Virus record (IMG/VR): IMGVR_UViG_2890524856_000001
Coordinates: 18,580 to 82,579 of that record
Reading direction: 5' to 3' (one strand)
DNA length: 64,000 nt
Source of the DNA: a virus
Taxonomy: Duplodnaviria; Caudoviricetes
Shown here: positions 29,001 through 37,490 of the stretch, piece by piece
Layout: each line of letters starts with the position of its first letter
How positions within the stretch are numbered: the first letter of the stretch is position 1
Notes under the pieces: generated by a model
Databases searched by the model: none
What the model saw: only the letters and a program-made list of their open reading frames with translations
Told to the model about the DNA's origin: nothing
Program-made: the position numbers and the translations under genes

Positions 29001-30786
29001 TACCTGTAATGGCAATTGGTGCAGTGCCAGAAAGCTTGCTCGTAAAATCAGCTATCGAGTTACGCCGTAAATAGCCGTCTACACCATTGTTTGTATATAC
29101 CGAGGATACACCGTGGTTTTCGTCCAGCTGGGTAGTGTGCAGGCGATTAGCCTGCAGATAACCCTCTGCAGTCCGCTTCGCAATCGATCCATTTGTCGGG
29201 GCTTCACTCTCGACCGCGCCATTTAAAGAAAATGCATTTGCCGCATTTGAGGCTGTCCGTGTAATGACTTGAACCTGCCCAAATGACGTTACCCCGCTTG
29301 ATACACTCCAGCCTTTTACAAAGCTTGCGCTTTGACCGGTATGACCTACAAATACTTCAGATACTTCAACGTTCGGATATCCAAACGTAGAGGCTAATTC
29401 GCCAATCCAGATGGCCAATTTACCCGCTACGTTACCGAAACGCACATTGAAGGATTTAACCTTTCCCGCACTGATCAATGAAGCCGCACAGTTCAACCAG
29501 GTATTTTCGTTCGAACCAGCGTAAGCGTAGCCAGCTATACCCAGCTCATAGTATCCGCTAGATGTATAGTCATAAATCTTAACGCGCATTATAAGCATCG
29601 AATTCAGGTATCCGACCGGCATAAGGATCTGAATTGCGCCTGTTGCGCTGGCTACTTGGCTTCTGTCTGCCGCCCCTTCAGGTACAGGAATTCGCACGAA
29701 GTCACTGCTGGCTAAAGCTGATAGCTTTACAGCTCCGGACAAGCTAATATCCCCACCAACCTGCAGCGAGTCTATGCCATTGTCGCTAGTGTTTACTGTT
29801 ACGTTTCCACTATTATTCACAACAAGTGGAGTTTTTCCGTTCGCTCCTAAGGCGAGAATATGTCCAGATTCAGCCATCAATTGAACGCGTGATCCAGCAA
29901 TCCCCTGCAAATAGCCTACTCGCGCATCATTTGCGCTGTTCCAAAAAGAAAGGAATGACAAATCACCGATTGAACGCAGGGTTTCACCACCAATAGTGGC
30001 AACTGTGCCTGTGAATGTAGGACTTACCTTTTTTGCGTATCCAGCATCATTTGCGAGCTGGCTAACATTTCGCAGATTTCCTGAGTGCCATACAGCCTTC
30101 CACTCAGTCCAATTGGTTGAGTCGCGCTTGTTTCTGTATAGCATACCTCCGTCATATTCGAAGCGTTGTTGTACCGCGCCGGTAGAACCCCCACTGTCAA
30201 TAATAAGAGATGTTGATGATGCCCCATCATATCGCTCCAAATAGTATCCAGGAGAAACAACTGAGTCAGCATCGCGGCGAGCATACTCGCCCTTATATTT
30301 GAGATACTGAGGATGTGGGTTTTGCGCAGACTCATGCGCGCCAACAAGGCTCTGCGCAATTGAAATGCTTGAATCAACAGTGACAGTGACGGCGTTTGCT
30401 GGCAATACGGATAAATTGATGGCGTATGAAACCATCGTAGTAACTTTGTCCGCAATGAACATAATGTTCTTATTTGCAGAGCTGAATACTGCGAACAGTG
30501 TATTTCCAGCCCAGAATCCAATTTCACCACACCAAAAAGCAGCATTTTCACTTGCGGCGACCTCAGCATGGACTTGGATTTGCGTTGCACTTACACTTCC
30601 ACCGCCAGAAACTGGCGATCGCTTTATTTCATTTTGCAATGCCACTTCTTTTCCGCTCGGATTGTATTGCCCGGTACCAAAACTGATATGGGTAATCGCC
30701 AGGGAAACCCCTAAACCATTAGCAGTTTTTGTTGCGGCCAACCCAGCTTGAGTAATTGCGGGTTGAAGTGGGATTGAATTCGACAT
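26077..30786 (-). CDS. Long modular tail fibre
   Basis: N-terminal baseplate anchor (ITQAGLAA...GEIGFWAG.TLFAV), HESAQNPHPQY, repeated W..W..WH.GN knob ends, C-terminal collar-like FPSGTRMPFAQSSAPTGW; start moved to ATG 30786 downstream of the late promoter. Confidence 0.9.
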   Translation of the reverse strand: MSNSIPLQPAITQAGLAATKTANGLGVSLAITHISFGTGQYNPSGKEVALQNEIKRSPVSGGGSVSATQIQVHAEVAASENAAFWCGEIGFWAGNTLFAVFSSANKNIMFIADKVTTMVSYAINLSVLPANAVTVTVDSSISIAQSLVGAHESAQNPHPQYLKYKGEYARRDADSVVSPGYYLERYDGASSTSLIIDSGGSTGAVQQRFEYDGGMLYRNKRDSTNWTEWKAVWHSGNLRNVSQLANDAGYAKKVSPTFTGTVATIGGETLRSIGDLSFLSFWNSANDARVGYLQGIAGSRVQLMAESGHILALGANGKTPLVVNNSGNVTVNTSDNGIDSLQVGGDISLSGAVKLSALASSDFVRIPVPEGAADRSQVASATGAIQILMPVGYLNSMLIMRVKIYDYTSSGYYELGIAGYAYAGSNENTWLNCAASLISAGKVKSFNVRFGNVAGKLAIWIGELASTFGYPNVEVSEVFVGHTGQSASFVKGWSVSSGVTSFGQVQVITRTASNAANAFSLNGAVESEAPTNGSIAKRTAEGYLQANRLHTTQLDENHGVSSVYTNNGVDGYLRRNSIADFTSKLSGTAPIAITGNAGTATSARYATVTDGARDANAILPNGQAYSTRWDFVTATSASMGGYYAGVMTVSPFQGASIGGGGASYQLAFGGTGHDGFGLPQMKIRKGIDTVWNSWYELWHSGNLRNVSQLLNDVGYRTTAATFIDISSIDSAIAPGEYVVDMHGYSTGMTVFVSGGSTGIVQQVFTHGGGMQFRNKTDSASWTPWKTVWTNENLKNNSQLANDSGYITASGSAARARGLQRSDTAPDAFNVQSWWDGTNWYLKGFNDTIFHAGVRVAVADAATALGGLARTNGTDGWFRSTGNAGWFSESYNVGIYAIEPGTIRTYGGANFHAAGYVAGTNLTSATQALNLDVTKPSGLYHYDGAITGTKPPFASGNYRTIEIGYGTRYTQVAFPWNDDSMYFRRQQDTWKPWVKVTTDIQVPIVSKRTRYHSDDGTSINSAFSEHGFDYNTAGSGVTGAFFNFGQLGALGNNGASNYQCQMVSAYGDPAGVLKFRTQNGDVGAWNPWRTIWHDGNLTLTTTGLPLSVLQLDSSGTANMRSLWLNQTDGVGAGVYLYPSVATTGSYSQPSYGIMFAQTGSFGTYGAVNNDWATYFTMTSDPGRGWIFRNVGNGGKNVASISNTGAASFDGTVSSSATEALRLRNDNAFVAFVNDDGTRNGYIQYMKGSYAQFMQENGIGMRWGTAGQAWMTLTPSGRLLLGGNDNGVDKMQVAGSLSASGGYRGTWLIPDVRANAATPNNYQNFAATIEFKESNKVDNPPISANNNYSYILTVVGYESSGSAGGGTPVQVSFGDGLSVRQANNGSSWGAWRKLWHDGNLNKLSQLTNDMGIFPSGTRMPFAQSSAPTGWVQDVSDKSDNRLLRVVNWVGGNVGGVHNPVINNVVPAHTHGFTTGWQSSDHNHWLNDPGHAHAPARGGSFVTQMPNYSGDINGVGGGNATYNGGGTTAATATGMTMNGISASHSHTGGTDNGSSQTNWEPRYIDMIICVKV
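28661..30090 (+). repeat. Perfect 35-bp direct repeat inside the tail fibre (28661-28695 and 30056-30090)
   Basis: AGCTGGCTAACATTTCGCAGATTTCCTGAGTGCCA at both sites, 1395 bp apart, in frame. Confidence 0.9.
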
Positions 30787-30820
30787 AAAAGAAACGCCTA
30801 TCCGGATAAGTGATACAGGC

Positions 30821-30861
30821 ATTTTGAATTAGTCGGGGAGCGCACGCAGCGCCACTTTTCC
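30821..30861 (-). promoter_or_regulatory. Putative late promoter copy 4 (tail fibre operon)
   Basis: GGAAAA-N29-CAAAAT on the minus strand. Confidence 0.7.
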
Positions 30862-30863
30862 GT

Positions 30864-31331
30864 TTAGATCGTCATCATCATTCCAAGCTGGAGGTCTGCA
30901 AAACGATCTTGCATGTCCAGTACCTTGCATACCGTTCTTGCATTTTTTACGTGCCACACGATAGAAAGTACCGCTACCTGACCATTGGATGTTTCAGGGG
31001 ATATCCGGTAGGCTCTCTTGCCATTTTCATTTACCCCATCTTTTTCAATGCTATTAGTTGGATTGCACCTGGATGCGGCATCCTTAATCGTCAACTTAGA
31101 ATCACAAATCATCTCGAAAAAATGTGTGATTGCATCGTTAAAGTCCTCTGGAGCAAAAACTGCATCTCGCTCAGGCAGATCAATATTAGAGATCAAAAAG
31201 CAATCTTTGAAGCGGTCTGACCGGCTTGCAGCCTCTTTGCTGATAACGAGAACATCTGACTCTTCGTCATAATAGGCATACACGGTGCATGGCCTGCCTT
31301 GGAATCCACTTATCACAGCCTGAATATTCAT
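30864..31331 (-). CDS. Conserved hypothetical protein of P1-like phages
   Basis: 155 aa, ATGA overlap with the upstream gene. Confidence 0.7.
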   Translation of the reverse strand: MNIQAVISGFQGRPCTVYAYYDEESDVLVISKEAASRSDRFKDCFLISNIDLPERDAVFAPEDFNDAITHFFEMICDSKLTIKDAASRCNPTNSIEKDGVNENGKRAYRISPETSNGQVAVLSIVWHVKNARTVCKVLDMQDRFADLQLGMMMTI

Positions 31332-32074
31332 TTCGTCACCACTACTACGCCAGTATCTTTGTCCAGCAATTTAGATTGAGATGTGACCTGGTATCCAGAT
31401 GGGTTATTGAAGTCACCTACCACTCCGCGACCGTCGTGCAACTCTCCATCCCGGGGGAAGTCAAATATCGGGATTGTTTCGCGTAGCGATAAGTCCATCG
31501 CCAAAATTGTCAGGTTTTTCTGCTCTGTTTCAATATTCATCGCAGGGGCATCGATGGTCTCCAACTTCACTGGAAATGGCAAATCAAACCCCGCGAACCG
31601 GTACGGAGCAGAAAAAGTTCTATTTGCCGGATCGGATATGTAAAGGGAAAATTGAGCAGCAATGCTACGCGCAGTTGGCTCATCAGCGGCACAAATGGCA
31701 ACCTGAGCGCGGCGGTCTCCCACCATTTGGCGCATCTTAAACACTCGCTCCTTTTTGTCATCAGGAAGAGTTACGTAAACTGGATTTGCATGCTGAATAG
31801 AGTAGTCGCCTGTCGCAGGCATGTAATCCTTTGCAGTAGCAATGATAATTACCGGCAAAAATGGGGAGACGGCGCCGGTACCTGAATTATCATTCTTTCG
31901 CCATGATGCCAACATATCCTCAACAGCGTCCACCATTCTTGATGGAGCATAGACGATGCTTTTTGATAAGCCTCGGGATACAAACTCACTTAATGCCTTA
32001 GTAGTCGGGGATAAGCGAGAATAAAATCCGGCCATGTAATGCCCAAAACCTACTTTCAACTCGTTCATATGCAA
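31328..32074 (-). CDS. Tail completion/terminator-like protein (P1 gp24-like)
   Basis: 248 aa in the head/baseplate operon; LPVIIIA and RAQVAICAADEPTARSIAAQF pattern. Confidence 0.5.
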   Translation of the reverse strand: MHMNELKVGFGHYMAGFYSRLSPTTKALSEFVSRGLSKSIVYAPSRMVDAVEDMLASWRKNDNSGTGAVSPFLPVIIIATAKDYMPATGDYSIQHANPVYVTLPDDKKERVFKMRQMVGDRRAQVAICAADEPTARSIAAQFSLYISDPANRTFSAPYRFAGFDLPFPVKLETIDAPAMNIETEQKNLTILAMDLSLRETIPIFDFPRDGELHDGRGVVGDFNNPSGYQVTSQSKLLDKDTGVVVVTK

Positions 32075-32077
32075 TCC

Positions 32078-32938
32078 CTATCGAATGAAGCGATTGGTGA
32101 TACGGTCATTTTCATCAACCTTCTTTGCCTTATTTTCACCAGGCACTTCAACCCCAAAGAGCGGAGCATCCTTAAAGTAAGCGATATCACCCATTAACCG
32201 GTGCGCACTATTTTTATCCACCACGAGCGGGCTAATAGACTCAAACGAAAGTGAATCGAGAGCAACCCCAGCTCCGCGAGATGACGAAATTAGACTGAGG
32301 TAATGTTCATTTTCAGCAGTCAGCTTAGCCACGATATCCAGGGCATTTGCATGCTCGTTATTCAGACTATCAAGGAGCTTTAGCACTCCAATCAATTGCC
32401 GGTTGTACTCATCAGCGACAAAATTGCCAATATCGTCCAGAGTCATTCCGGACGAACCAACACTATCCAGCGACAATTCATAACCACGATTTGTAGTGAA
32501 ATTTGGCTCCAAGACATAGTCAAATCCATAAAATTCAGGCTTTAACTCATCTATTGCCGAACTAAAACCGCCCGTCTTCCTTGCGAAAAGACGCTGAGCC
32601 AAGTTGCCAGAATTTGTATCCAGGAATTCAGCCTCATGCTCAATGGTTCCGTCGTCGTATGCTTTTAGGTGTATCGTTACCATGGCTGGCTCAATCGATA
32701 CATGACGCCCATCTACGATGCCACCCTCCGCGGGATTCAATCCGAATTTGATGCGAGGCCAATGCCCGTAGTACCCAAACATATCACGATGCTTTACCTT
32801 CTCCTGAGTAGCCCCGCTATTAATAGCTCGAACTATTGCCGGGATATCGAAATTGCGCTCTTTACCTCTGAATTTCCTTCCGCGATCCTTCAGGTTGTAT
32901 TTGATAATCCCTGTCTGGTTAGATGGCTTGCCGCTCAT
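32078..32938 (-). CDS. pro: Head processing protease (P1 Pro-like)
   Basis: SGATQEKVK..DMFGYYGH...DDGTIEHEAEFLDTNSG...GGFSSA matches the P1 Pro pattern. Confidence 0.8.
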   Translation of the reverse strand: MSGKPSNQTGIIKYNLKDRGRKFRGKERNFDIPAIVRAINSGATQEKVKHRDMFGYYGHWPRIKFGLNPAEGGIVDGRHVSIEPAMVTIHLKAYDDGTIEHEAEFLDTNSGNLAQRLFARKTGGFSSAIDELKPEFYGFDYVLEPNFTTNRGYELSLDSVGSSGMTLDDIGNFVADEYNRQLIGVLKLLDSLNNEHANALDIVAKLTAENEHYLSLISSSRGAGVALDSLSFESISPLVVDKNSAHRLMGDIAYFKDAPLFGVEVPGENKAKKVDENDRITNRFIR

Positions 32939-32955
32939 ATATTCACCCTTAAACC

Positions 32956-33609
32956 CTATAAAATTACCGCTGCACAGTCAAAAACCGCCAGGTTGCGCAA
33001 CTCCACCCCATTTGCAAACGCCAGGGATGAAGCACTTCGCTTAAGCACGGTAATGTCGATCACAAACTTCGCCGGAGTTACCGATCGCAATGCCGGCAAC
33101 ACTGTAGAAAAAACCTCTGATCCACCAATTCCAGCCGCTTGATTGGCGTCACCATCAATAGAAATGCGTATACGACTTGTCAGGTAGTGCGTCGAGTTTG
33201 GATCCTCAGATGTGATTTTTGACCGCGCAACAATGCCCGCTGGGTACTGCTTTAACTTGTCATGCCACATCTGATCGACCACCCACCCATTCGGCCAAAT
33301 CAACTGCAAGTAAGTTCGCAGAAAATGCATGCCCCGCTTTGGGTTTCTCGCCTTCCATGCTTTCAGCAGGTACCTCATTGCCGGGTCAATTGAGTTAATC
33401 AGTGCCAAGCCCTCGCGACTAACATTTCGCTCAATAAGTGCCAGCCTACCCAAGTGCGGCGCGCCAAGCACATTGATGTCGCGCTCGCTGCTGCGCAAAT
33501 ATGACTCAAATATGCCAATGAATTGAGCTTTCAGTTCCTCTTCAATAGAGTCAAAATCATTGCTCTTTTTGAGCGGATTTAGACTGACCACATCATGCGA
33601 ATCGATCAC
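32956..33609 (-). CDS. Baseplate wedge/tail protein (P1 gp16, P2 gpI-like)
   Basis: RYLLKAWKARNPKRGMHFLRTYLQL; follows baseplate J. Confidence 0.7.
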   Translation of the reverse strand: MIDSHDVVSLNPLKKSNDFDSIEEELKAQFIGIFESYLRSSERDINVLGAPHLGRLALIERNVSREGLALINSIDPAMRYLLKAWKARNPKRGMHFLRTYLQLIWPNGWVVDQMWHDKLKQYPAGIVARSKITSEDPNSTHYLTSRIRISIDGDANQAAGIGGSEVFSTVLPALRSVTPAKFVIDITVLKRSASSLAFANGVELRNLAVFDCAAVIL

Positions 33610-35043
33610 TTACATACCCCATCCATTGAGATTGTAATTTGCCCGAGTGACGTTGATAGTTAGGCTATCCGCCGTCATAAAGCGAAATTGTTCCGGCAGT
33701 TGAGCTCCGGCAATCGGAGCTATATTTACGGTGAAATCAGCACCGTTATCCTGCAGTGCTGGAACCTTTTCCCTTAGCAGCTCATAGACTCGCTTGTACA
33801 TTGGCATGCTCATTCCTATCCTTACAGCCGGCGATGAGGCGCCATACTCTGCAAGCAACACATCCCTGATGCTCTGACGAACCGACTCTGTATCATTGAC
33901 CCTTGCGACCGATGCATTCACGGTTGCAACAACGTTAGAAATAACTGGGGCAACGAATGCCACTTTGAATGAGTCATCGGCATCGATAACAACATTGCGA
34001 ATCATCTCCTGTATAGCCGCCCGGGACGAGCCAATCGGCTCTAAAAATGAGATGAACAACGTATTAATGTTGCTTACGTTTGCACCGCGAACCGACTCTT
34101 CAACAGACTCATTCCAGACAGATAAGAATCTAAGATTTGGAACGTTTCTGCGGATTAAAAAATCAAACTCACCCAGGAATACGGCGCTTGAGTCGTATGC
34201 GGCCGGGTATTTACACAGCTCACGAAGTGTTGGCACGTCCATAGGGTTTGCGCCTGCAACTAAAAGCGCATCCATGGATATCTTTATTTGAGCGTCCTGC
34301 GGAGTGTAGGAATACTGCAGTGAAAATGGACTCCCAGATGGAACTTGGATTTCACCTGACGTTTCACGGACAAGTACCGAATAAACGTCACCGGCCTTTG
34401 GCTGATGACCAATCACTTGATCGTATCCGAGCACAATAAATATCTTCCGGTACTCATCGCATTCAATATTGAATACAGCATCACCACTGGCTACGTTTGT
34501 GAACTCTCGAGAGTATCTGTATTCAGTTCCTCCAGAGTCCTTTAACCTGATCCCGCAGATCGTTTTTCCATCAGTCGAGGCGGGGACTTCGACCTTGTAG
34601 AACGGCATAGAAACAGAAACGGTATGGTCAAAGGTTCGCGTCTGAGCCTGAACGAGCTCTGCGAAACCGTCTGAGCCTGGCGGAACCGTCACTGGCAAAT
34701 CAACTTCATACAGATTTCCGCTGGAGTCAATCAATGCCCGTCCACTATTCAGCTGATATGGAGAGCTTGAGCTATTTGAGACCTTCACACGAACACGCGA
34801 TGGCAGCGACATAGGAACCAATCCCTTTAGCGCAGCGTCGGCCAAAACAGTGGCATCGCGAGTTTTACTGAATGGCTCCATCATCCCAATTTCCATTTGC
34901 TGGGATAACATCGCCAACATTTGAGCCATTGCTGACTGCGCTTGCAAAATTCGCGGATCACCCGCCTGATACAGCGCAGCCACAGAAGGGTACTGCGCTA
35001 CGGTCGACTCAATAACGTTCAGAAAATCCTGCTTCGTATGCAT
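33610..35043 (-). CDS. bplA: Baseplate J-like protein (P1 BplA-like)
   Basis: 477 aa; EPFSKTRDATVLADAALKG..P and AVFLGEFDFLIR patterns. Confidence 0.8.
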   Translation of the reverse strand: MHTKQDFLNVIESTVAQYPSVAALYQAGDPRILQAQSAMAQMLAMLSQQMEIGMMEPFSKTRDATVLADAALKGLVPMSLPSRVRVKVSNSSSSPYQLNSGRALIDSSGNLYEVDLPVTVPPGSDGFAELVQAQTRTFDHTVSVSMPFYKVEVPASTDGKTICGIRLKDSGGTEYRYSREFTNVASGDAVFNIECDEYRKIFIVLGYDQVIGHQPKAGDVYSVLVRETSGEIQVPSGSPFSLQYSYTPQDAQIKISMDALLVAGANPMDVPTLRELCKYPAAYDSSAVFLGEFDFLIRRNVPNLRFLSVWNESVEESVRGANVSNINTLFISFLEPIGSSRAAIQEMIRNVVIDADDSFKVAFVAPVISNVVATVNASVARVNDTESVRQSIRDVLLAEYGASSPAVRIGMSMPMYKRVYELLREKVPALQDNGADFTVNIAPIAGAQLPEQFRFMTADSLTINVTRANYNLNGWGM

Positions 35044-35367
35044 CTATCTACCTCCCACTGTAACGCTCACCCCATCCGATGAAATCATGGATCCAGCAAT
35101 ATCCACTATGAGCAATCGCTTGTCGGGCTCAATATCTTGGTAATAAATATTAATTGCGCCATTCGGAAGAGCACTCAGAACCGGGATGTCTTGCCGCATT
35201 TTTGCAATAAGTGACTGAGACATACCCGCAGATTCTGGGTACTGCAAAAAAGACTTAACGTCATTCCCGTAATCGGAGCCAAGATACGAGCCAACCGGCG
35301 TGGCGAGCCAATGGCGAACCATGCCCTGTATGTCTACTGCTGTAATGATCGGCTTTGATGAATTCAT
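35044..35367 (-). CDS. Baseplate wedge subunit (gp25/W-like, P1 PmgA-like)
   Basis: HWLATPVGSYLGSDYG motif; first gene of the baseplate operon. Confidence 0.75.
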   Translation of the reverse strand: MNSSKPIITAVDIQGMVRHWLATPVGSYLGSDYGNDVKSFLQYPESAGMSQSLIAKMRQDIPVLSALPNGAINIYYQDIEPDKRLLIVDIAGSMISSDGVSVTVGGR

Positions 35368-35373
35368 TCCTCA

Positions 35374-35414
35374 ATTATCATGTGTGCTTTCATACCAAAA
35401 TTTCCGCGTTTTCC
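35374..35414 (-). promoter_or_regulatory. Putative late promoter copy 5 (baseplate/head operon)
   Basis: GGAAAA-N29-GATAAT on the minus strand. Confidence 0.7.
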
Positions 35415-35422
35415 CTGAAAAC

Positions 35423-35450
35423 AAAAAAGCCTGCAACAATGCAGGCTTTT
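35423..35450. terminator. Terminator ending the 37.45-kb leftward unit
   Basis: AAAAGCCTGCA/TGCAGGCTTTT inverted repeat. Confidence 0.8.
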
Positions 35451-35719
35451 CATTCAGGCTAGGCCATCCAATTCTATTCAGTTCCTAGGTTTTATCCATT
35501 CCCTAGGCGATCTCTGGTTTATGTAACTAGCCGTACTCCAGCTGAATCGGTCTCGCAATATGCTCCGTTTCAGCAATACAGAGTTCCGGCCTGTTCCAAT
35601 AATGCATATAGCTAAACAAGAGACCTTCAATTATTGCCGGGGAGAAGGCAACAATCAAAAAAAACCTCATCACTAATCTAAGCATTCATATCCTAAAAAA
35701 AATTTGCACGAATTAGGCT

Positions 35720-35840
35720 AGCCCCGAGTTACTAAGACCTTCGCACTGCTCCTCTTGACCCCAGATTTACCATGCAAGCTCATGGTGGAATATCACCTGC
35801 TTTCGCAGCCCTCGATCCGAGTACGAGGGGATTACCAACA
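35720..35840 (-). ncRNA. Candidate structured RNA element
   Basis: Three contiguous hairpins CCCTCG/CGAGGG, CTGC-GAAA-GCAG and ACCATG/CATGGT; no ORF. Confidence 0.4.
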
Positions 35841-35844
35841 AATT

Positions 35845-36339
35845 TTATTGCTGACCCTGCTTTGAAGCAGAGTTCAATTTATCCAAGTCAGCCTTAGCAT
35901 CTGCAGCTTGTTTATCAGCGGCGGCTTTCGCCTCCTCAGCCTGCTTCAGCTTGAGCGCAGCCATTTCTTGGCGCTGCTTTTCAACGGCGGCAGCATCTGC
36001 CTTTACGCTCAATTCCATTGCAAGTGCTTTTTCATCGCGCTCTTTTGCCGACGACAAATAAAGGGAGGCGCATGCCTGATGAAACTCAGCATGTGTCATT
36101 GTTTTTCCTGTTTCCTCACCCGTTTCCTGGTTAATTAACGGGAATTTCTTTTGCGGGTCAACGAATTGGACGATGATACTGTCCACTTGGTTGCCTATCG
36201 ATTTATCACCCAAAACTACGCGATCTTCCTCGAGGAAGTGAACAGTTGGAGTTTGACCAAAGCTGTTTTCCGCTACGAATCGCATGCAGCGACGATATGA
36301 AACGCCACTGAGGTTTGTTTGTCGATAATTTTGAGGCAT
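35845..36339 (-). CDS. Phage protein of a family usually tail-fibre-associated, with Ala/Lys-rich coiled tail
   Basis: 164 aa, SD AAGGTG; NY.QT..SG.S..RC....EN....P.V.F.EE pattern. Confidence 0.8.
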   Translation of the reverse strand: MPQNYRQTNLSGVSYRRCMRFVAENSFGQTPTVHFLEEDRVVLGDKSIGNQVDSIIVQFVDPQKKFPLINQETGEETGKTMTHAEFHQACASLYLSSAKERDEKALAMELSVKADAAAVEKQRQEMAALKLKQAEEAKAAADKQAADAKADLDKLNSASKQGQQ

Positions 36340-36382
36340 ATAACACCTTATCTGATTGGGTTAAGTTTATAAAATCAGGCTT

Positions 36383-36978
36383 CTACTTCTATGTGGCGGC
36401 CGGCACTGCCTTCTTCCGGCATGCCGTGCAGTAAGGTCAGTGCGCCAGCTTTTGCGCCATCCCCGGCAACGACTTGTTTTCTGCTTATTACGTAGCGCAT
36501 CAGCCTGCGCAATTCCCCCACACAGAAGCGGCCTCTGGTCGTGACGATCCCAGAACCACTAGAGCCAGTGGACACCGTGCACAGTGCTACCCACCTCCCT
36601 TGCGCAGTACGCCTATTCGCCGCCGCTTCTGTGTGGTTCCTGACTCTTACCCGGCCAGGTTAGGTGTGGCGCGCAATACTCTTAATGACTATGAGTTACT
36701 AGCCTCCTGCCGGTCGCCAGACACCGGCTCTTATCCCTTCGCTTTCAGAGGCAATCCAGTCTTGCGACGCGCTAGGGGTCTACTACTTACAACACCACAC
36801 AGAAGCGGGTAGGGCGCTACTCCTACTATCCTCAAAGGCCGACAAAGCCTTTACCTGCATGCGGGTCGGGATCGATACCGATTGCCGCCAATTTTTACTT
36901 CGATCTACTGTGCTTTTTCAGGTGAGCGCAGCAACTTTGCTCTGCGTGTCTGCTTTCCACGCCTCCGCTTTTGTGTGG
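36383..36978 (-). repeat. Five 14-bp repeats in strictly alternating orientation bracketing structured RNA units
   Basis: CCGCTTCTGTGTGG or its complement at 36383 (3 mismatches), 36518, 36623, 36795 and 36965 (1 mismatch). Confidence 0.85.
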
Positions 36979-37460
36979 CCTCTCCTTTAATACTTCGCTG
37001 GCGGAGAGCTACCAGCCGGATTTTTCGGACACCGGAGTCGGAACGGGGCAGTTGTGAGGCTCCCTGCTCAGGGCGAGTCATTTTGTTCATCCACTTTCTT
37101 TTCTGCTGCAATTCTGGCGCTACAACAGAGTCATGCTTTCGCCTTCACCAACAAGTTAGGGGGTCTGGACTTGATACCAGCTTGTCGGATTACTGCGATA
37201 CCGAGTCGCGTGTGGTTGTCGTCACATTTACCCACAACTTCATTTCCTCTCCCTAGTTCACAGCTCGCACCAAAACTGCTAAGTGATTTGCGAGTCGAAT
37301 ATTTCTGCATCTAGTTCTGCACTTCCTTCAGTGCTGCCCCCTAACTTCTTGGCTCCGGCCTTTCTGCCGGATCGGCTACAGCAATTGTTTTTTCTGCTGA
37401 TTCAAGTAGCTTTTCTCAGAGTTCCAACGCGCTCAACAAAGATGCGCAATCCATTTGAGA

Positions 37461-37490
37461 ATTATATTAGCCATTTATGATTATTTGCAA
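37461..37490 (-). promoter_or_regulatory. sigma70 promoter with operator, driving the non-coding repeat unit
   Basis: TTGCAA-N18-TATAAT on the minus strand; AGCCATTTATGATT at 37469-37482. Confidence 0.7.

Noticed and set aside
26077-30786. P1-style Cin/cix invertible tail fibre segment
   Set aside because: No serine invertase and no inverted second fibre end
36397-36517. Canonical tRNA gene
   Set aside because: No TTCGA T-loop, no 7-nt anticodon loop, no CCA; only tRNA-like arms
36383-36978. CRISPR array
   Set aside because: Repeats are 14 bp, alternate in orientation and are 91-158 bp apart; no cas operon (55830-56651 is a phage recombination nuclease)
36905-37111. Lambda N-like Arg-rich antiterminator ORF
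   Set aside because: TTG start without SD; the basic content derives from the repeat/hairpin sequence; left uncalled, not excluded
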